Below, piece after piece: positions 28,883 through 39,835 of a stretch of 64,000 bases of DNA (positions are counted from its first letter, which is position 1; each line of letters begins with the position of its first letter). Origin of the DNA: Flavobacteriales bacterium (lineage in GTDB: Bacteria > Bacteroidota > Bacteroidia > Flavobacteriales_F > PHOS-HE28); assembly GCA_019638115.1 (NCBI GenBank), contig JAHBUK010000005.1:91111-155110 (forward strand). Reading direction: 5' to 3'. Position numbers and translations under genes: made by a program. The notes beneath the pieces are model-generated. The model did not search any database. It saw only the letters and a program-made list of their open reading frames with translations, and had not been told where the DNA came from.

Positions 28883-30157
28883 TCAGGGCACGAGTGCTGC
28901 TTCGCGATGAACGGTCTCCGCGCGATCGGGCCCCAGGGAGACCAGCTTGATGGGCACACCTACAGCGGCCTCGATGCGGGCGATGTAGTTCTGCAGGCTG
29001 TCCGGCAGCGCGTTGTTCACGTCCAGGTCACCCCAACCGGGCATGTCCTCATACACGGGCTCAAGGTTGCCGGTGATGTCGTAGGGCAGTCGTTCGGTAA
29101 CGCGGCCATCAACCTTGTAGGCGGTGCATATGCGCACGGTGCCCATGTGGTTGAGCACGTCGGATTTCATCATGGCCAGTTCGGTGATGCCATTGATCAT
29201 CACCGCGTAGTGCAGGGCGGGCAGGTCCAGCCAGCCACAGCGCCGGGGGCGGCCGGTGGTGCTGCCGAACTCGTGGCCTGCGGTGCGGATGTGTTCGCCC
29301 ACCTCGTCGTGCAGTTCGGTGGGGAAGGGGCCACTGCCCACGCGGGTGCTGTAGGCCTTGAAGATGCCCACCACACGCCCCAGGCGGTTGGGGGCCACGC
29401 CAAGCCCCGTGCAGGCCCCGGCGCTGATGGTGTTGCTGCTGGTAACGAAGGGGTAGGTGCCGAAGTCGATGTCCAGCAGGGTGCCCTGCGCGCCTTCGGC
29501 AAGCACGCGTTTGCCGGCTCGCAATGCTTCGTCCAGGTAGTGTTCGCTGTCCACCAGGCTCATGGCGCGCAGCTGTTGCGCGGCATCCAACCATTCCTGT
29601 GTGGCTTCGCGCAGATCGCTTTGGTGGTCGTGCATGGCCAGCAGGCGATCATGTTTGCGTTGCAGGGCATTGAAGCGGTCCATGAGATCGCTGCGTTCCA
29701 GGTCGCCCACGCGCAGGCCATTGCGGCCGGTCTTGTCCATGTAGGTGGGGCCGATGCCCTTCAGGGTGCTGCCGATCTTGGCCTTGCCCTTTTCCGCTTC
29801 GCTGGCGGCATCCAAGGCGCGGTGGGTGGGCAGGATCAGGTGTGCACGGCGGGAGATCAGCAGGTTGCGACGTACATCCACGCCGATCTTCTCCAGGGCC
29901 TTCACCTCCTTCAGGAAGATGATCGGGTCGATGACCACGCCGTTGCCCACCAGGTTCACCGTGCCTTCGCGGAACACGCCGCTGGGAATGGTGTGCAGCA
30001 CGTGCTTGAAGCCCTCGAAGATGAGGGTATGTCCGGCGTTGGGCCCGCCTTGGAAACGCGCGATCACATCGTACTCCGGTGCGATCACATCCACCACCTT
30101 GCCTTTGCCCTCATCACCCCACTGGGCGCCAAGGAGCACATCCACTTTAGCGCTCAT
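28883..30157 (-). CDS. purA: Adenylosuccinate synthetase
   Basis: QWGDEGKGK, GGPNAGHT, EGAQG and TTGRPRRCGW motifs. Confidence 0.98.
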   Translation of the reverse strand: MSAKVDVLLGAQWGDEGKGKVVDVIAPEYDVIARFQGGPNAGHTLIFEGFKHVLHTIPSGVFREGTVNLVGNGVVIDPIIFLKEVKALEKIGVDVRRNLLISRRAHLILPTHRALDAASEAEKGKAKIGSTLKGIGPTYMDKTGRNGLRVGDLERSDLMDRFNALQRKHDRLLAMHDHQSDLREATQEWLDAAQQLRAMSLVDSEHYLDEALRAGKRVLAEGAQGTLLDIDFGTYPFVTSSNTISAGACTGLGVAPNRLGRVVGIFKAYSTRVGSGPFPTELHDEVGEHIRTAGHEFGSTTGRPRRCGWLDLPALHYAVMINGITELAMMKSDVLNHMGTVRICTAYKVDGRVTERLPYDITGNLEPVYEDMPGWGDLDVNNALPDSLQNYIARIEAAVGVPIKLVSLGPDRAETVHREAALVP

Positions 30158-30164
30158 GACCGGT

Positions 30165-30530
30165 TCAGGCGCTGGTCTTGGCTACGGCCTCCTCCACGCT
30201 CTCGGTCATGATGAACACCGAATCGAGCTTGGTGACCACGAATAGCTGGCGCACGCTGTTGCTCACCCCGGCGATCAGCGTATCGCCACCGGCGTTGCGG
30301 GTGCGGGTGAGCACATTGATCAAGATGTTGAGCCCGGTGGAGTTCATGTACTGCAGCTCGGAAAGGTCCAGGATCACGGTCTTGTGGCCCTTGCCCAGTT
30401 CGCTGTCGAGCTCGGCCATGAGCTGGTCGGCCTGCTGCTGGTCCATCAGCCGCCCTTTGAGGTGGAGAACGAGAGTGCCTTTTTCGACACTGCTGCTGAG
30501 TTCGAAGGTCGGACGGTCTTGAGCTGTCAT
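30165..30530 (-). CDS. STAS-domain anti-sigma factor antagonist
   Basis: [15 protein letters not shown] motif; ATG at 30530 overlapping the fur stop. Confidence 0.88.
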   Translation of the reverse strand: MTAQDRPTFELSSSVEKGTLVLHLKGRLMDQQQADQLMAELDSELGKGHKTVILDLSELQYMNSTGLNILINVLTRTRNAGGDTLIAGVSNSVRQLFVVTKLDSVFIMTESVEEAVAKTSA

Positions 30531-30988
30531 GCGCGGTCTTGTTTGTCTTGGCAATCCTTGCAGATGCCGTGTATATGCAAAGCGTGATAATGGACGGAGA
30601 ATCCGAGCACCTCAGCGACCGTTTTGCGGATCTGCTGGATACGTGGGTCGCAGAATTCCTGCACCCGGCCGCAAGCGCTGCAGATCAGGTGGTCGTGCTG
30701 CTGGTAGGCATGTGCCTTCTCGAATTGAGAAGGAGCCCCATCGAAGCGGTGCCTGCGTACCAGGCGGCAATCGATCAGCAGGTCCATGGTGTTGTAGAGC
30801 GTGGCCCTGCTCACCCGGTAGTTCTTCGACTTCATGCGGCCGTAGAGGCGCTCAATGTCGAAGTGGCCGTCCTGTGCGTAGATCTCGTTGAGTATGGCGA
30901 AGCGCTCCGGGGTCTTGCGGTGTCCGTTGCGCTCCAGGTAATCGGTGAAGATGCGCTGCACGTTGTCGGGTTGTTCGACCGTGGCCAT
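30527..30988 (-). CDS. fur: Fur family transcriptional regulator
   Basis: [32 protein letters not shown] and GICKDC motifs. Confidence 0.9.
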   Translation of the reverse strand: MATVEQPDNVQRIFTDYLERNGHRKTPERFAILNEIYAQDGHFDIERLYGRMKSKNYRVSRATLYNTMDLLIDCRLVRRHRFDGAPSQFEKAHAYQQHDHLICSACGRVQEFCDPRIQQIRKTVAEVLGFSVHYHALHIHGICKDCQDKQDRA

Positions 30989-30992
30989 GGCA

Positions 30993-31000
30993 CAAATGTA
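30993..31000 (-). promoter_or_regulatory. Bacteroidota -7 promoter (TACATTTG), 4 nt before the fur ATG
   Basis: Exact TAnnTTTG match. Confidence 0.55.
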
Positions 31001-31056
31001 AGCCTCCGCTCCGAGCGGGATCCGCGCATTGCGCAAGCCGTGCCTGACGGGCTGGT

Positions 31057-33321
31057 TCATTGGTCCACCCGCTCCACGTTCCGCACGCCGCGCACGCGTT
31101 TCAGCTTCTCTATCAGGGCGTTCAGGTGGTCCGTGTCGTGTACGTAGGCCATCACCTTCCCCTCAAAGATGCCATCGTGGCTCTCGAAGCTGATGGCGCG
31201 CATGTTCACATTGTGTTCGTGGCTGATGATGGTGGTGATCTTGTTCACCAGACCCACATCATCGATTCCGCTGAAGCGGATGCCTGCCAGGAACTCCACG
31301 GTGTCCTTGCCCTTCCAGCGCGCCTTCACGATGCGGTAGGCGAAGTTGCTCATCAACTGCACCGCATTGGGGCAGTTCACCCGGTGGATCTTGATGCCTT
31401 CGCCCTCGGTGATGAAGCCGAACACGTCATCGCCCGCAATGGGGTTGCAACACTTGGAGAGCTGGTAGTCCAGCTTCTTCAGGTCGTCGCCCAGTACCAG
31501 TGAGCCTTGGTTCTCGCCGCGGATCTCGGACACGATCTCGTCCAGGCTCCGTTCCTCGGGGTCCACCTTGCGTTTGGGCAGCACCAGGCGTCCGTTGCGC
31601 ACTTGCGCTTGGGTGAGTTTGCTCAGGTCGTACTTGCCCCGGGCCACGTGGTAGAAGAAGTCCACCGGCGTACCGGCCTGGAAGTGTTCCACCAACTGTG
31701 CAATGTTTTGGGTGGTGGTCTTCGCACCGATCTGGCGCAGGTGCTGCATGGCCGATTCGCGTCCCACCACGGCGAGCTTCTTCTTCTGGTCGCGCAGCGA
31801 TTGTTTGATGCGGTGGCGGGCCTTGGCGGTGGCCACGAAGCGCAACCATTCCTCCTTGGGCTGCTGTTTGCGGCTGGTTATGATCTCCACCTGGTCACCA
31901 CTCTTCAGGGCTTGGCTCAGGGGCACCAGCTTGTGGTTCACCTTGGCACCTATGCACTGCCTGCCGATCTGGGTGTGTATGTCGAAGGCCAGGTCCAGCG
32001 CGGTGGCGCCTGCAGGCAGGTTGCGCATTTCCCCTTGCGGGGTGAACACCGCGATCTCATCGCTGAAGAGGTTCAGCTTAAAATCGTGTACGAAGTCCAG
32101 CGCGTCGGTGCCGGGTTCCTCCAGCACTTCGCGGATGCGGTTCAGCCATGCATCCAAGGCCGAGGTTTGCTCATCGCCGGCCTTGTAGCGGTAGTGCGCG
32201 GCCAGGCCCATTTCGGCGATCTCGTCCATGCGCTTGCTGCGGATCTGCACTTCCACCCAACGGCCGCCGGGGCTCATCACGGTGGTGTGCAGGCTTTCGT
32301 AGCCGTTGGCTTTTGGCAGGCTTATCCAATCGCGCAGGCGGTCCGGGTTGGGTTGGTAATGGTCGGTCACAATGGAGTAGACCTTCCAGCAATCCGCCTT
32401 CTCCAGCTCCTGCCGCGTGTCCATGATGATGCGGATGGCGAACACGTCGTAGACCTCCTCGAAGCTCACGTGCTTGTTCATCATCTTGGAGTAGATGCTG
32501 TGCACGCTCTTGGGCCTTCCCTTGATCTCGTAGCTGAAGCCCTCTTTGTCCAGCGATGCGCGGATGGGCAGGGTGAAGCGGCTGATGAAGCGCTTGCGCA
32601 CGGCCTCCCCCTTCTTCAGCTTCTGGCTGATGTCCGCATGGATCACGGGTTCCTTGAAGCGCAGGGCATGGTCCTCCAGTTCGCTCTTGATGTTGTAGAG
32701 GCCCAGGCGGTGGGCGAGGGGCGCATAGAGGTAGGTGGTCTCACTGGCGATCTTCAGCTGCTTGTCGCGCGCCATGCTGTCCAGCGTGCGCATGTTGTGC
32801 AAGCGATCGGCCAGCTTGATCAGGATAACGCGCACATCCTCGGCCAGGGTAAGGAGCACCTTGCGGAAGTTCTCGGCCTGCACGCTGTTGGTCTGGAACT
32901 CGATGCCGCTCATCTTGGTGAGGCCATCAATGATGGTGGCCACGCGCGGCCCGAAGAGGTCGCGCACATCGTCCAGGGTAAGGTCGGTGTCCTCCACCGT
33001 ATCGTGCAGCAGTGCCGCCACCACGCTGGTGGTTCCCAGGCCGATTTCCTCGGCACAGATGCGCGCCACCGCAATGGGGTGGTAGATGTAGGGCTCGCCG
33101 GTCTTTCGCCGCTGGTCCTTGTGGGCTTCCACCGCAATGTTGAAGGCCTTGCGGATGATGCGCGTTGCCTCGGGCGTGCGCTCGCCCCGTATGCTGCGCA
33201 ACAGGCCGCGGTAGCGCCGCAGGATCTCGGCCTTCTCGGCCACCAGATCGATCACGGGCTTCACGGGCTTCGGCGTGCCGGCTTCCGGTGCGGGCTTGGC
33301 GCTATTGGGACCTTTATCCAT
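31057..33321 (-). CDS. spoT: Bifunctional (p)ppGpp synthetase/hydrolase (long RSH)
   Basis: HD motif LLHDTVED, synthetase motifs GRPK and [11 protein letters not shown] and ACT domains. Confidence 0.95.
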   Translation of the reverse strand: MDKGPNSAKPAPEAGTPKPVKPVIDLVAEKAEILRRYRGLLRSIRGERTPEATRIIRKAFNIAVEAHKDQRRKTGEPYIYHPIAVARICAEEIGLGTTSVVAALLHDTVEDTDLTLDDVRDLFGPRVATIIDGLTKMSGIEFQTNSVQAENFRKVLLTLAEDVRVILIKLADRLHNMRTLDSMARDKQLKIASETTYLYAPLAHRLGLYNIKSELEDHALRFKEPVIHADISQKLKKGEAVRKRFISRFTLPIRASLDKEGFSYEIKGRPKSVHSIYSKMMNKHVSFEEVYDVFAIRIIMDTRQELEKADCWKVYSIVTDHYQPNPDRLRDWISLPKANGYESLHTTVMSPGGRWVEVQIRSKRMDEIAEMGLAAHYRYKAGDEQTSALDAWLNRIREVLEEPGTDALDFVHDFKLNLFSDEIAVFTPQGEMRNLPAGATALDLAFDIHTQIGRQCIGAKVNHKLVPLSQALKSGDQVEIITSRKQQPKEEWLRFVATAKARHRIKQSLRDQKKKLAVVGRESAMQHLRQIGAKTTTQNIAQLVEHFQAGTPVDFFYHVARGKYDLSKLTQAQVRNGRLVLPKRKVDPEERSLDEIVSEIRGENQGSLVLGDDLKKLDYQLSKCCNPIAGDDVFGFITEGEGIKIHRVNCPNAVQLMSNFAYRIVKARWKGKDTVEFLAGIRFSGIDDVGLVNKITTIISHEHNVNMRAISFESHDGIFEGKVMAYVHDTDHLNALIEKLKRVRGVRNVERVDQ

Positions 33322-33329
33322 GCTGTCCG

Positions 33330-33337
33330 CAAAAGTA
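33330..33337 (-). promoter_or_regulatory. Bacteroidota -7 promoter (TACTTTTG) of relA/spoT
   Basis: Exact TAnnTTTG match 8 nt upstream of the ATG. Confidence 0.6.
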
Positions 33338-33375
33338 GCGGCGCCCGCATTCGACCGGCAGCGATCGTTGAAACA

Positions 33376-34650
33376 TCATTCCACCACAGGCAGCACTTTG
33401 GCCCGCACCTCGCCGAAACCGATGCGCACGCCGTTGCGGCTGCCGTGCCCGCGCATCACCACCGTGTCGCCGTCGTTGATGAATTTGCGCTCGCTGCCAT
33501 CGGCCAATTGCAGCGGCTTGGTGCCGCGCCAGGAGAGTTCCAGCATGCTGCCGTAGCTGTCCTGTTCCGGTCCGCTGATGGTGCCGCTGGCCATCATGTC
33601 GCCGCAGCGGATGTTGCACCCGTTCACGGTGTGGTGGGCCAGCTGCTGGGCCATGTTCCAGTACATGTGCTTGAAGTTGCTGCGGCACACGGTGGTCTCC
33701 GCACCGCCCTCGGGCGCGATGCCCACTTCCAGCTGCACATCGAAGCAGCCGTCGCGCTCCGCTACCAGGTAGGGCAGGGGGGCGGGGTCCTGCACGGGTC
33801 CTGCCACGCGCAAGGGCTCCAGGGCATCGAGGGTCACCACCCAGGGGCTTATGCTGCTGGCGAAGTTCTTGGCCAGGAAGGGCCCCAGTGGAACGTACTC
33901 CCAGGCTTGGATGTCGCGCGCGCTCCAGTCGTTGAAGAGCACCAGTCCGAAGATGTGGTCCTCTGCTTCGGCGGTGCTGATGCGCTGGCCCAGCGCTTTG
34001 CCTGCGAAGGTGATGAAGGCCACCTCCAACTCGAAGTCGAGTTGCACGCTGGGGCCGAAAACCGGCGGCTTCTCCGGATCGGGGCGGCGCTGGCCCATGG
34101 GGCGGTGGATGGGCTGGCCGCTGGGGATGATGGAGGAGGCGCGGCCGTGATAACCCACGGGCAGGTGCAGCCAGTTGGGCAGCAGGGCGTTGTTGGGGTC
34201 GCGGAACATGCAGCCCACGTTGTAGGCATGCTGGCGGCTGCTGTAGAAATCGGTGTAGTCGCCGATGGTCACGGGCAGGTGCATCACCACCTGGTCCACG
34301 GGCAGCAGGGCATCCTCGCGCAGGGTGTTGTCATCGCGCAGGGTGGCGTTGTCGTGGCGGAACAGTTCGCTGAGGCGCTCGCGCAAGGCACGCATGGTCT
34401 GCTTGCCGCCCTGCATCACCTCGTTCAGATGTGGCGCAAGGAAGGCTTCGCGCGCGATCCCGGTCCCGTCCAGCAGGCCCGCTTCCGCCAGAATGCTCAG
34501 GTCCACCACCGTATCGCCGATGCGCGTTACGGGCACGGGTGCTTCACCGTTCCAGCTGCCAATACCGAAAGGGATGTTCTGGATCGGGAAATCGCTGTCG
34601 GCAGGTACGGAGATCCAAGAGCGCAGGTCGGGGGAGTTGGCGGTGATCAT
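33376..34650 (-). CDS. fahA: Fumarylacetoacetase
   Basis: DFPIQNIPFG, DYTDFYSS, YHGRASS, LDFELE and NDWSARDIQAWEYVPLGPF motifs. Confidence 0.95.
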   Translation of the reverse strand: MITANSPDLRSWISVPADSDFPIQNIPFGIGSWNGEAPVPVTRIGDTVVDLSILAEAGLLDGTGIAREAFLAPHLNEVMQGGKQTMRALRERLSELFRHDNATLRDDNTLREDALLPVDQVVMHLPVTIGDYTDFYSSRQHAYNVGCMFRDPNNALLPNWLHLPVGYHGRASSIIPSGQPIHRPMGQRRPDPEKPPVFGPSVQLDFELEVAFITFAGKALGQRISTAEAEDHIFGLVLFNDWSARDIQAWEYVPLGPFLAKNFASSISPWVVTLDALEPLRVAGPVQDPAPLPYLVAERDGCFDVQLEVGIAPEGGAETTVCRSNFKHMYWNMAQQLAHHTVNGCNIRCGDMMASGTISGPEQDSYGSMLELSWRGTKPLQLADGSERKFINDGDTVVMRGHGSRNGVRIGFGEVRAKVLPVVE

Positions 34651-34704
34651 GCTGCAAAGGTGCGAACGTGTACCGAAGCAGCAGGTGCTATCCGCACACC
34701 GAAC

Positions 34705-35838
34705 TCATTCCCGCACCAAACGCTGGGCGCTGCTGCCATGCCGGTCGCTCACGTGCAGGATGTGCACGCCCGAGCTGGGCAGGAACAGTGGCACTTCGGT
34801 CGCGCTGCCCGACCACTCGAAATGGCAACGGCCCAAAGCGTCCAGCACGCGCAGGGTGCGCCACGCGGCCTTGTCGAAACGCACCATTACCTCGCCGCTG
34901 CTGGGGTTGGGTCCTGCGGTGAAGGTGGGGATCGCGCCGTGCTCCGGAACGCCCACCAATTGCCCCAGGCGATATTGGCTGAAGAAGCGCCAGATCTCCT
35001 TGCTGGCATTGATGTCCTGGTTGGTGACACCAATGGGGAAGATGGCACCGGGCCAGGTGTGCCCGCCTCCGAGCACTTTGTAGAGTTCCACGCTGCTGCT
35101 GCCATCGCCACCGGAGTACACGCGGTGTTCCACGGTGCAGCCGTCGTTCGGGTCGATGTCGGGCACCTGCGTGACGCTGGGGCTGGGTGAGCAGTTGTTG
35201 AAGGATGCCCAGTAGTTCACCAGCGCATCAATGCCCACGGATGTGGTGCTGCCGCCGTAGGGCACCGTGGGGTCCTCCGTGCCGTGTATCTGCATCACGG
35301 GGGTGGGGTGGGTTGCGGAGCAGGCATTGAAGCGGGGAATGATCAATGCGCCGGTCACCGATGCGATGGCGGTGATGCGCTCGCTGCGGAAACAGGCCAG
35401 CTCGTAGCTCATGTATCCGCCGTTGCTCATGCCGGTGCTGTACACGCGCTCGGGGTCTATGTTGTATTGCGCGGAGACCGTGTCGATCAAGGCCACCAGG
35501 AAGCCGAGGTCGTCCACGGTGCTGAGCCCGATCACGTTCCAGAAGCGCGTGCCCGTGGGGTCGAGCGTGCCGTTGGGATGCACCAGGATGAAGCCGGCCG
35601 TATCGGCGATCGCGCGGAAGTCGCCGTAGAGCTCCTGCTGTTGCATGTTGCTGCCCAGGCCGTGCAGGTTCAGGATCAGCGGTGCCGGGGTGCCGGGGGA
35701 ATAGCTGGCGGGCACGTACAAGCGGTACTCGCGCTGCACACCACCGAAGGGAAAGCTGCCGATCACCACGGGCTGGGCGCATAGCTCGCCGATGAACAAC
35801 AGGGTTGCGGCCAATTGAAGGATCCTTGGTGCGTGCAT
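34705..35838 (-). CDS. T9SS-secreted alpha/beta hydrolase (LpqC / PHB depolymerase-family esterase)
   Basis: HGLGS, GMSNGG nucleophile elbow, HGTED and GGGHTWPG motifs; PNPSSG CTD; ATG at 35838. Confidence 0.82.
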   Translation of the reverse strand: MHAPRILQLAATLLFIGELCAQPVVIGSFPFGGVQREYRLYVPASYSPGTPAPLILNLHGLGSNMQQQELYGDFRAIADTAGFILVHPNGTLDPTGTRFWNVIGLSTVDDLGFLVALIDTVSAQYNIDPERVYSTGMSNGGYMSYELACFRSERITAIASVTGALIIPRFNACSATHPTPVMQIHGTEDPTVPYGGSTTSVGIDALVNYWASFNNCSPSPSVTQVPDIDPNDGCTVEHRVYSGGDGSSSVELYKVLGGGHTWPGAIFPIGVTNQDINASKEIWRFFSQYRLGQLVGVPEHGAIPTFTAGPNPSSGEVMVRFDKAAWRTLRVLDALGRCHFEWSGSATEVPLFLPSSGVHILHVSDRHGSSAQRLVRE

Positions 35839-35932
35839 GGGTGCCGGGTTCTGGCAGCAAGCTACGCAGTGCCCGCGCATCCGGTGTGCGGTGTTCAAGG
35901 ATGCAAGGTTCAATGCCGACCTTCACCGCCGC

Positions 35933-36397
35933 ATGGAAGGGCCGAGCCGGCGCACACGCTTGTTGGTGATCATCGCGCTGGCGGTGCACACGCTGTTGAT
36001 CGCGTGCTACACACTGCCTTCCCGCATGGTGCCCGAGCTGCTTCGCGTGCAGGCCCAGCGCTACGTGCGCCCGGTATTCCACCAGCAGTGGCGCTTGTTC
36101 GCACCCGACCCGCCCACTTGCAGCTGCCGCTTGGAGATGCAGCAGGGCGATGGACCTTGGGAGCCGGTGGAGATACAACTGAGGCATTACTTGGCGCGGC
36201 GCATGGCACGTTCCATCTGCCATCACCTGGGGAGCAGCGATAGCGCCCTGGAAGCGCGGCTGCGCCCGGCCTTGCACCGGCTGATGGCGGTGGCGGATGA
36301 TGGCACGGTCCACTTCCGCAGGGTGGAGCGCTGTGTGCTCGATCCCCATGCACCCGATCGGCGCGAGGAACACGTTCGCACCCTCTTCTCGCCATGA
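35933..36397 (+). CDS. DUF5819 / SdpA-like membrane-anchored protein
   Basis: N-terminal TM followed by YVRPVFHQQWRLFAPDP; ATGA-coupled to an HTTM gene. Confidence 0.7.
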   Translation: MEGPSRRTRLLVIIALAVHTLLIACYTLPSRMVPELLRVQAQRYVRPVFHQQWRLFAPDPPTCSCRLEMQQGDGPWEPVEIQLRHYLARRMARSICHHLGSSDSALEARLRPALHRLMAVADDGTVHFRRVERCVLDPHAPDRREEHVRTLFSP

Positions 36398-37224
36398 ACC
36401 TGCCGGCCACCTCCCTGCTGCTTTTCCAGCGTGCCTTGCATGCGTGGGTGCTCCTGTACGTGCTCACGGCACTTCCCGTGGCGGACCTGCTTTGGTTCGA
36501 TCCCGTTACGCCCCTTCTACCCAACAAGGGCGGCATACAAGCTTTGGTGGACCCCTTCGCTGCCGGGCTTCCGCGGGGTGCTGCACCAACGGTGCTGGTA
36601 CTTACGGCACTTGCTGCGCTGTTCGGCACTTTCCGCCAAGCCACCTGGTGGAGTTCGCTGGTGCTCTGGCTGGGCTTCAACGCGCTCATGCACCTGTCTT
36701 TCCTGGCTTCCAGTGGGGGCTTGCAACTGGCCTCGAACCTGCTGTTCTGGAACATTCCCCTGGCCCTCGGCACCGCAGGTCCCAAGCGTTTTTCAGGGGC
36801 GCAGCTCCTGGGCGGCTGGGCGATCCGTTTGCAGTTGCTGGTGGCCTACGCCGCCACGGCATTGCACAAGCTTGAGGGCCTGCACTGGACCGGTGGCACG
36901 GCGCTGCGCATCGTGGCCACCGACGAAGCTTTCGGACCGGCATGGCTGGCTTCCATGCCCCAACTCGCAACCATTTCCACGTGGGCCATCCTGGCCTTTC
37001 AGCTCTCCTTCCCCTTGGCGGTCTGGTGGCGCCGCACCCGTGTTCCATGGATGCTGGTCGGCGTGTTGTTCCACGCGGCAACGGCCTTTTGGATGGGTGT
37101 GCCGGAAATGGCCGCCATCTTCCTGGTGGCCTACCTGCCTTGGATGGGGGAGCGGACATCAAGCGCCAATGCCACCCGGCTCGGGCTCAGCGGCGCAGCA
37201 AGTGGAACTGCACCCCAGCAGTGA
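36394..37224 (+). CDS. HTTM-domain (SdpB-like) membrane protein
   Basis: Multi-TM; GG.QL, LQLLVAY..TALHKL...W..G and VLFH...G motifs. Confidence 0.75.
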   Translation: MNLPATSLLLFQRALHAWVLLYVLTALPVADLLWFDPVTPLLPNKGGIQALVDPFAAGLPRGAAPTVLVLTALAALFGTFRQATWWSSLVLWLGFNALMHLSFLASSGGLQLASNLLFWNIPLALGTAGPKRFSGAQLLGGWAIRLQLLVAYAATALHKLEGLHWTGGTALRIVATDEAFGPAWLASMPQLATISTWAILAFQLSFPLAVWWRRTRVPWMLVGVLFHAATAFWMGVPEMAAIFLVAYLPWMGERTSSANATRLGLSGAASGTAPQQ

Positions 37225-38011
37225 TGGCGTGCTGCACGAACCAGAAGTGCTGGTCGGCACCCGTATCCGCCGAACCGGTGGTGAGCACCTTGGGCAGATC
37301 GATGTAGCCTGCCCGCAAGGTGTTGCGGATGAAGCCGTGCTTGAACAGGGTGATGTGCAGGCCTGTTTGAGCGCCAAGCCCATAGCCGGCCACGTTGAAA
37401 CGGTTGTTGATGCCCTCGCCAAAGACCCTCACATCGCTGCGCGGGATCACCGCACCGGCATGCGCCCCCGCGAAGAAGTCCAAGCGGAAACGGTGGTCAT
37501 TGTTGTGCCAAAGCCCCTGGTATTTGTCCAGGTCCACGCTCAGCAGGTTAAGGCCATCGGTATGCTCGTAGCGCAGCAGGTCCTCGCTCAGCACCACCTT
37601 GCCCGAACTTCCTGCTGGCCGCGCGTGGCGCGCGGAGCGCTCGGCGTCAACACGGCCTTCCAGCAGTACCTCCTGGTCTTGTTGCACCACGTATTTCATG
37701 TGGTCCATGCCCAGTGAAAGGCTCACTCCGTTCCGCAGGAACCAGCCCACCCGGTAGTTGTATTGCGGTATCCACATGCTGGCCGGTGAGCAGTAGGTGG
37801 CCAGGTCGAAAGCCGAAGGTCGATCCTTGGCGCGCACGTCGCGGAGGGTAAGGTCGTAGCCGGGGCCGTACAGGTGTATGTCGCTGGCCGTGTACCACGC
37901 ACGGTTGTAGCCCCAGTAAAGGAACATGCTACCACGACGGTCGATCTCCTGCGCCACGGCCACGGTCTGCACCAGGGCGAGCAGGAGCGGTAGGAATGCG
38001 ATGCGGAACAC
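37187..38011 (-). CDS. Conserved Bacteroidota outer-membrane beta-barrel protein
   Basis: Signal peptide; YWGYNRAWY..SDIH, IPQYNYRVG, DHMKYV and YEHTDGLN motifs; terminal aromatic strand. Confidence 0.65.
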   Translation of the reverse strand: MFRIAFLPLLLALVQTVAVAQEIDRRGSMFLYWGYNRAWYTASDIHLYGPGYDLTLRDVRAKDRPSAFDLATYCSPASMWIPQYNYRVGWFLRNGVSLSLGMDHMKYVVQQDQEVLLEGRVDAERSARHARPAGSSGKVVLSEDLLRYEHTDGLNLLSVDLDKYQGLWHNNDHRFRLDFFAGAHAGAVIPRSDVRVFGEGINNRFNVAGYGLGAQTGLHITLFKHGFIRNTLRAGYIDLPKVLTTGSADTGADQHFWFVQHAITAGVQFHLLRR

Positions 38012-38014
38012 GCG

Positions 38015-38461
38015 TCAGAGGGTCTTGAACTCGGCCGAACGGGGCAAGTGATCGAGCGCTACCAACAAGTGCTCCGGCGGCGCGCATAGCTTCCGCAGGC
38101 GGGTGTCCATCCAAGCTCCTTCCACCACCATGCGTGCGCAGTGTGTGCCATCGGCTTTCAGGAACTCATGCTCGAAGGAGAAGCGGGCATGGTCCGCGCT
38201 TACGTAGCGCAGCCGGAGTTCCAGGTACACCTCATCATCGAGTTTGATCTCCCGTCGAAAGGTGCATTCCTCCCGGAAGAGCACGGGTCCGAAGTGGTGC
38301 TCCTTCATTTGTGCCATGCCAATGCCCAGGGTCGTCAGCGCATCCATGCGTTGCTGTGCACAGAGGTCGTAGAAGACCGAATGCCGCAGGTGGAAGTTGG
38401 CGTCGATATCCGCCCAGCGCAGGTTGATGCGGCTGCGGAAAACACCTTGGTCGTTCGTCAT
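38015..38461 (-). CDS. Acyl-CoA thioesterase (hotdog fold, YbgC/FcbC-like)
   Basis: WADIDANFHLRHSVF, YRRE-type and W.D...RK motifs. Confidence 0.8.
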   Translation of the reverse strand: MTNDQGVFRSRINLRWADIDANFHLRHSVFYDLCAQQRMDALTTLGIGMAQMKEHHFGPVLFREECTFRREIKLDDEVYLELRLRYVSADHARFSFEHEFLKADGTHCARMVVEGAWMDTRLRKLCAPPEHLLVALDHLPRSAEFKTL

Positions 38462-38462
38462 A

Positions 38463-39737
38463 TTACCAGTTGAACAGGGGGCGCAAGCGCATCATGCCGT
38501 TCACCTGGAAACGGATGCGGTCCAGCTCCGCACTATCGCTGGCATGCGTGAGCGTGGCGTCGATGAGTTGTGCGATCTGCTTGCACTCGTCCTCCTTCAG
38601 GCCGCGCGTGGTGATGGCCGCAGTACCGATGCGGATGCCGCTGGTTACGAAGGGGCTCTGGGTGTCGAAGGGCACCATGTTCTTGTTCACGGTGATGTCC
38701 ACCAGGCCAAGCGCTTTTTCGGCGTCCTTGCCGGTGATGCCTTTGTTGCGCAGGTCCACCAGCATGCTGTGGTTGTCGGTGCCACCACTGATCACTTGGT
38801 AGCCCTTGTCCATCAGTGCCGCGGCAAGTGCTTGTGCGTTGGCGATCACCTGTTTTCCGTAGGCTGCGAAACTGGGGTCCAGCGCTTCGCCGAAGGCCAC
38901 GGCCTTTGCAGCGATCACGTGCTCCAGCGGGCCGCCCTGCGTTCCGGGGAACACGGCACTGTCCAGCAAGCTGCTCAGCATGCGGGTCTCGCCTTTCGGG
39001 GTCTTCAGGCCCCAGGGGTTCTCCATGTCGCGCCCCATCATGATCAAGCCGCCGCGGGGTCCGCGCAGGGTCTTGTGCGTGGTGGTGGTCACAATGTGGC
39101 AGTGAGGCAGCGGGTCGTTCAGCAGTTTGGCGGCGATCAGTCCAGCGGGGTGGCTCACATCGGCCAGCAGCAGGGCACCCACTTCATCGGCAATGGCACG
39201 GAAAGCGGCGTAGTCCCAATCGCGGTTGTAGGCGCTTGCCCCGCAGATGATGAGCTTGGGTTTCTCGTCCAGTGCCACGCGGCGCACGGCATCCATGTCC
39301 ACCCGGCCGCTCTCCTTGTCCACGCCATAGAAGGTGGCGCGGTAGAGTTTGCCGCTGAAGTTCACCGGACTGCCGTGGGTAAGGTGCCCCCCATGGCTCA
39401 GGTCGAAGCCCAGGATGGTGTCGCCGGGTTTCAGGCAGGCGAGCATAACGGCCGCATTGGCCTGCGCACCGCTGTGCGGTTGCACGTTGGCCCAAACAGC
39501 GCCGAACAAGCGCTTCACCCGGTCGATCGCCAGGTTCTCGGTACGGTCCACCTGCTCACAGCCGCCGTAGTAGCGTTTGCCGGGCAATCCCTCGGCGTAC
39601 TTGTTGGTCATCACCGAGCCCATGGCGGCCATCACCTGGTCGCTCACGAAGTTCTCACTGGCGATCAGCTCCAAGCCTTTGGTCTGCCGCCATTTCTCTG
39701 CCTCAATGATCTCGAATACCTCGTTGTCGCGCTGCAT
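38463..39737 (-). CDS. glyA: Serine hydroxymethyltransferase
   Basis: [29 protein letters not shown] and SGIRIGT motifs; ATG at 39737. Confidence 0.98.
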   Translation of the reverse strand: MQRDNEVFEIIEAEKWRQTKGLELIASENFVSDQVMAAMGSVMTNKYAEGLPGKRYYGGCEQVDRTENLAIDRVKRLFGAVWANVQPHSGAQANAAVMLACLKPGDTILGFDLSHGGHLTHGSPVNFSGKLYRATFYGVDKESGRVDMDAVRRVALDEKPKLIICGASAYNRDWDYAAFRAIADEVGALLLADVSHPAGLIAAKLLNDPLPHCHIVTTTTHKTLRGPRGGLIMMGRDMENPWGLKTPKGETRMLSSLLDSAVFPGTQGGPLEHVIAAKAVAFGEALDPSFAAYGKQVIANAQALAAALMDKGYQVISGGTDNHSMLVDLRNKGITGKDAEKALGLVDITVNKNMVPFDTQSPFVTSGIRIGTAAITTRGLKEDECKQIAQLIDATLTHASDSAELDRIRFQVNGMMRLRPLFNW

Positions 39738-39761
39738 GCTGTGGTCTTGCTGTGAAGTGGC

Positions 39762-39769
39762 CAAAGGTA
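39762..39769 (-). promoter_or_regulatory. Bacteroidota -7 promoter (TACCTTTG) of glyA
   Basis: Exact TAnnTTTG match upstream of the ATG. Confidence 0.55.
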
Positions 39770-39835
39770 GCCGGTGGCGGGATCGCTGCTCGCATGCCCC
39801 GGCCGGTGCGCCGGAAGCCATTGCCGGTGCCGCGT

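Noticed and set aside
31507-35190. 1227-aa ORF on the + strand, the longest in the track
   Set aside because: It is an antisense shadow of spoT, fahA and the esterase gene, with no recognisable motifs. Such shadows are expected from strong G/C third-position bias.
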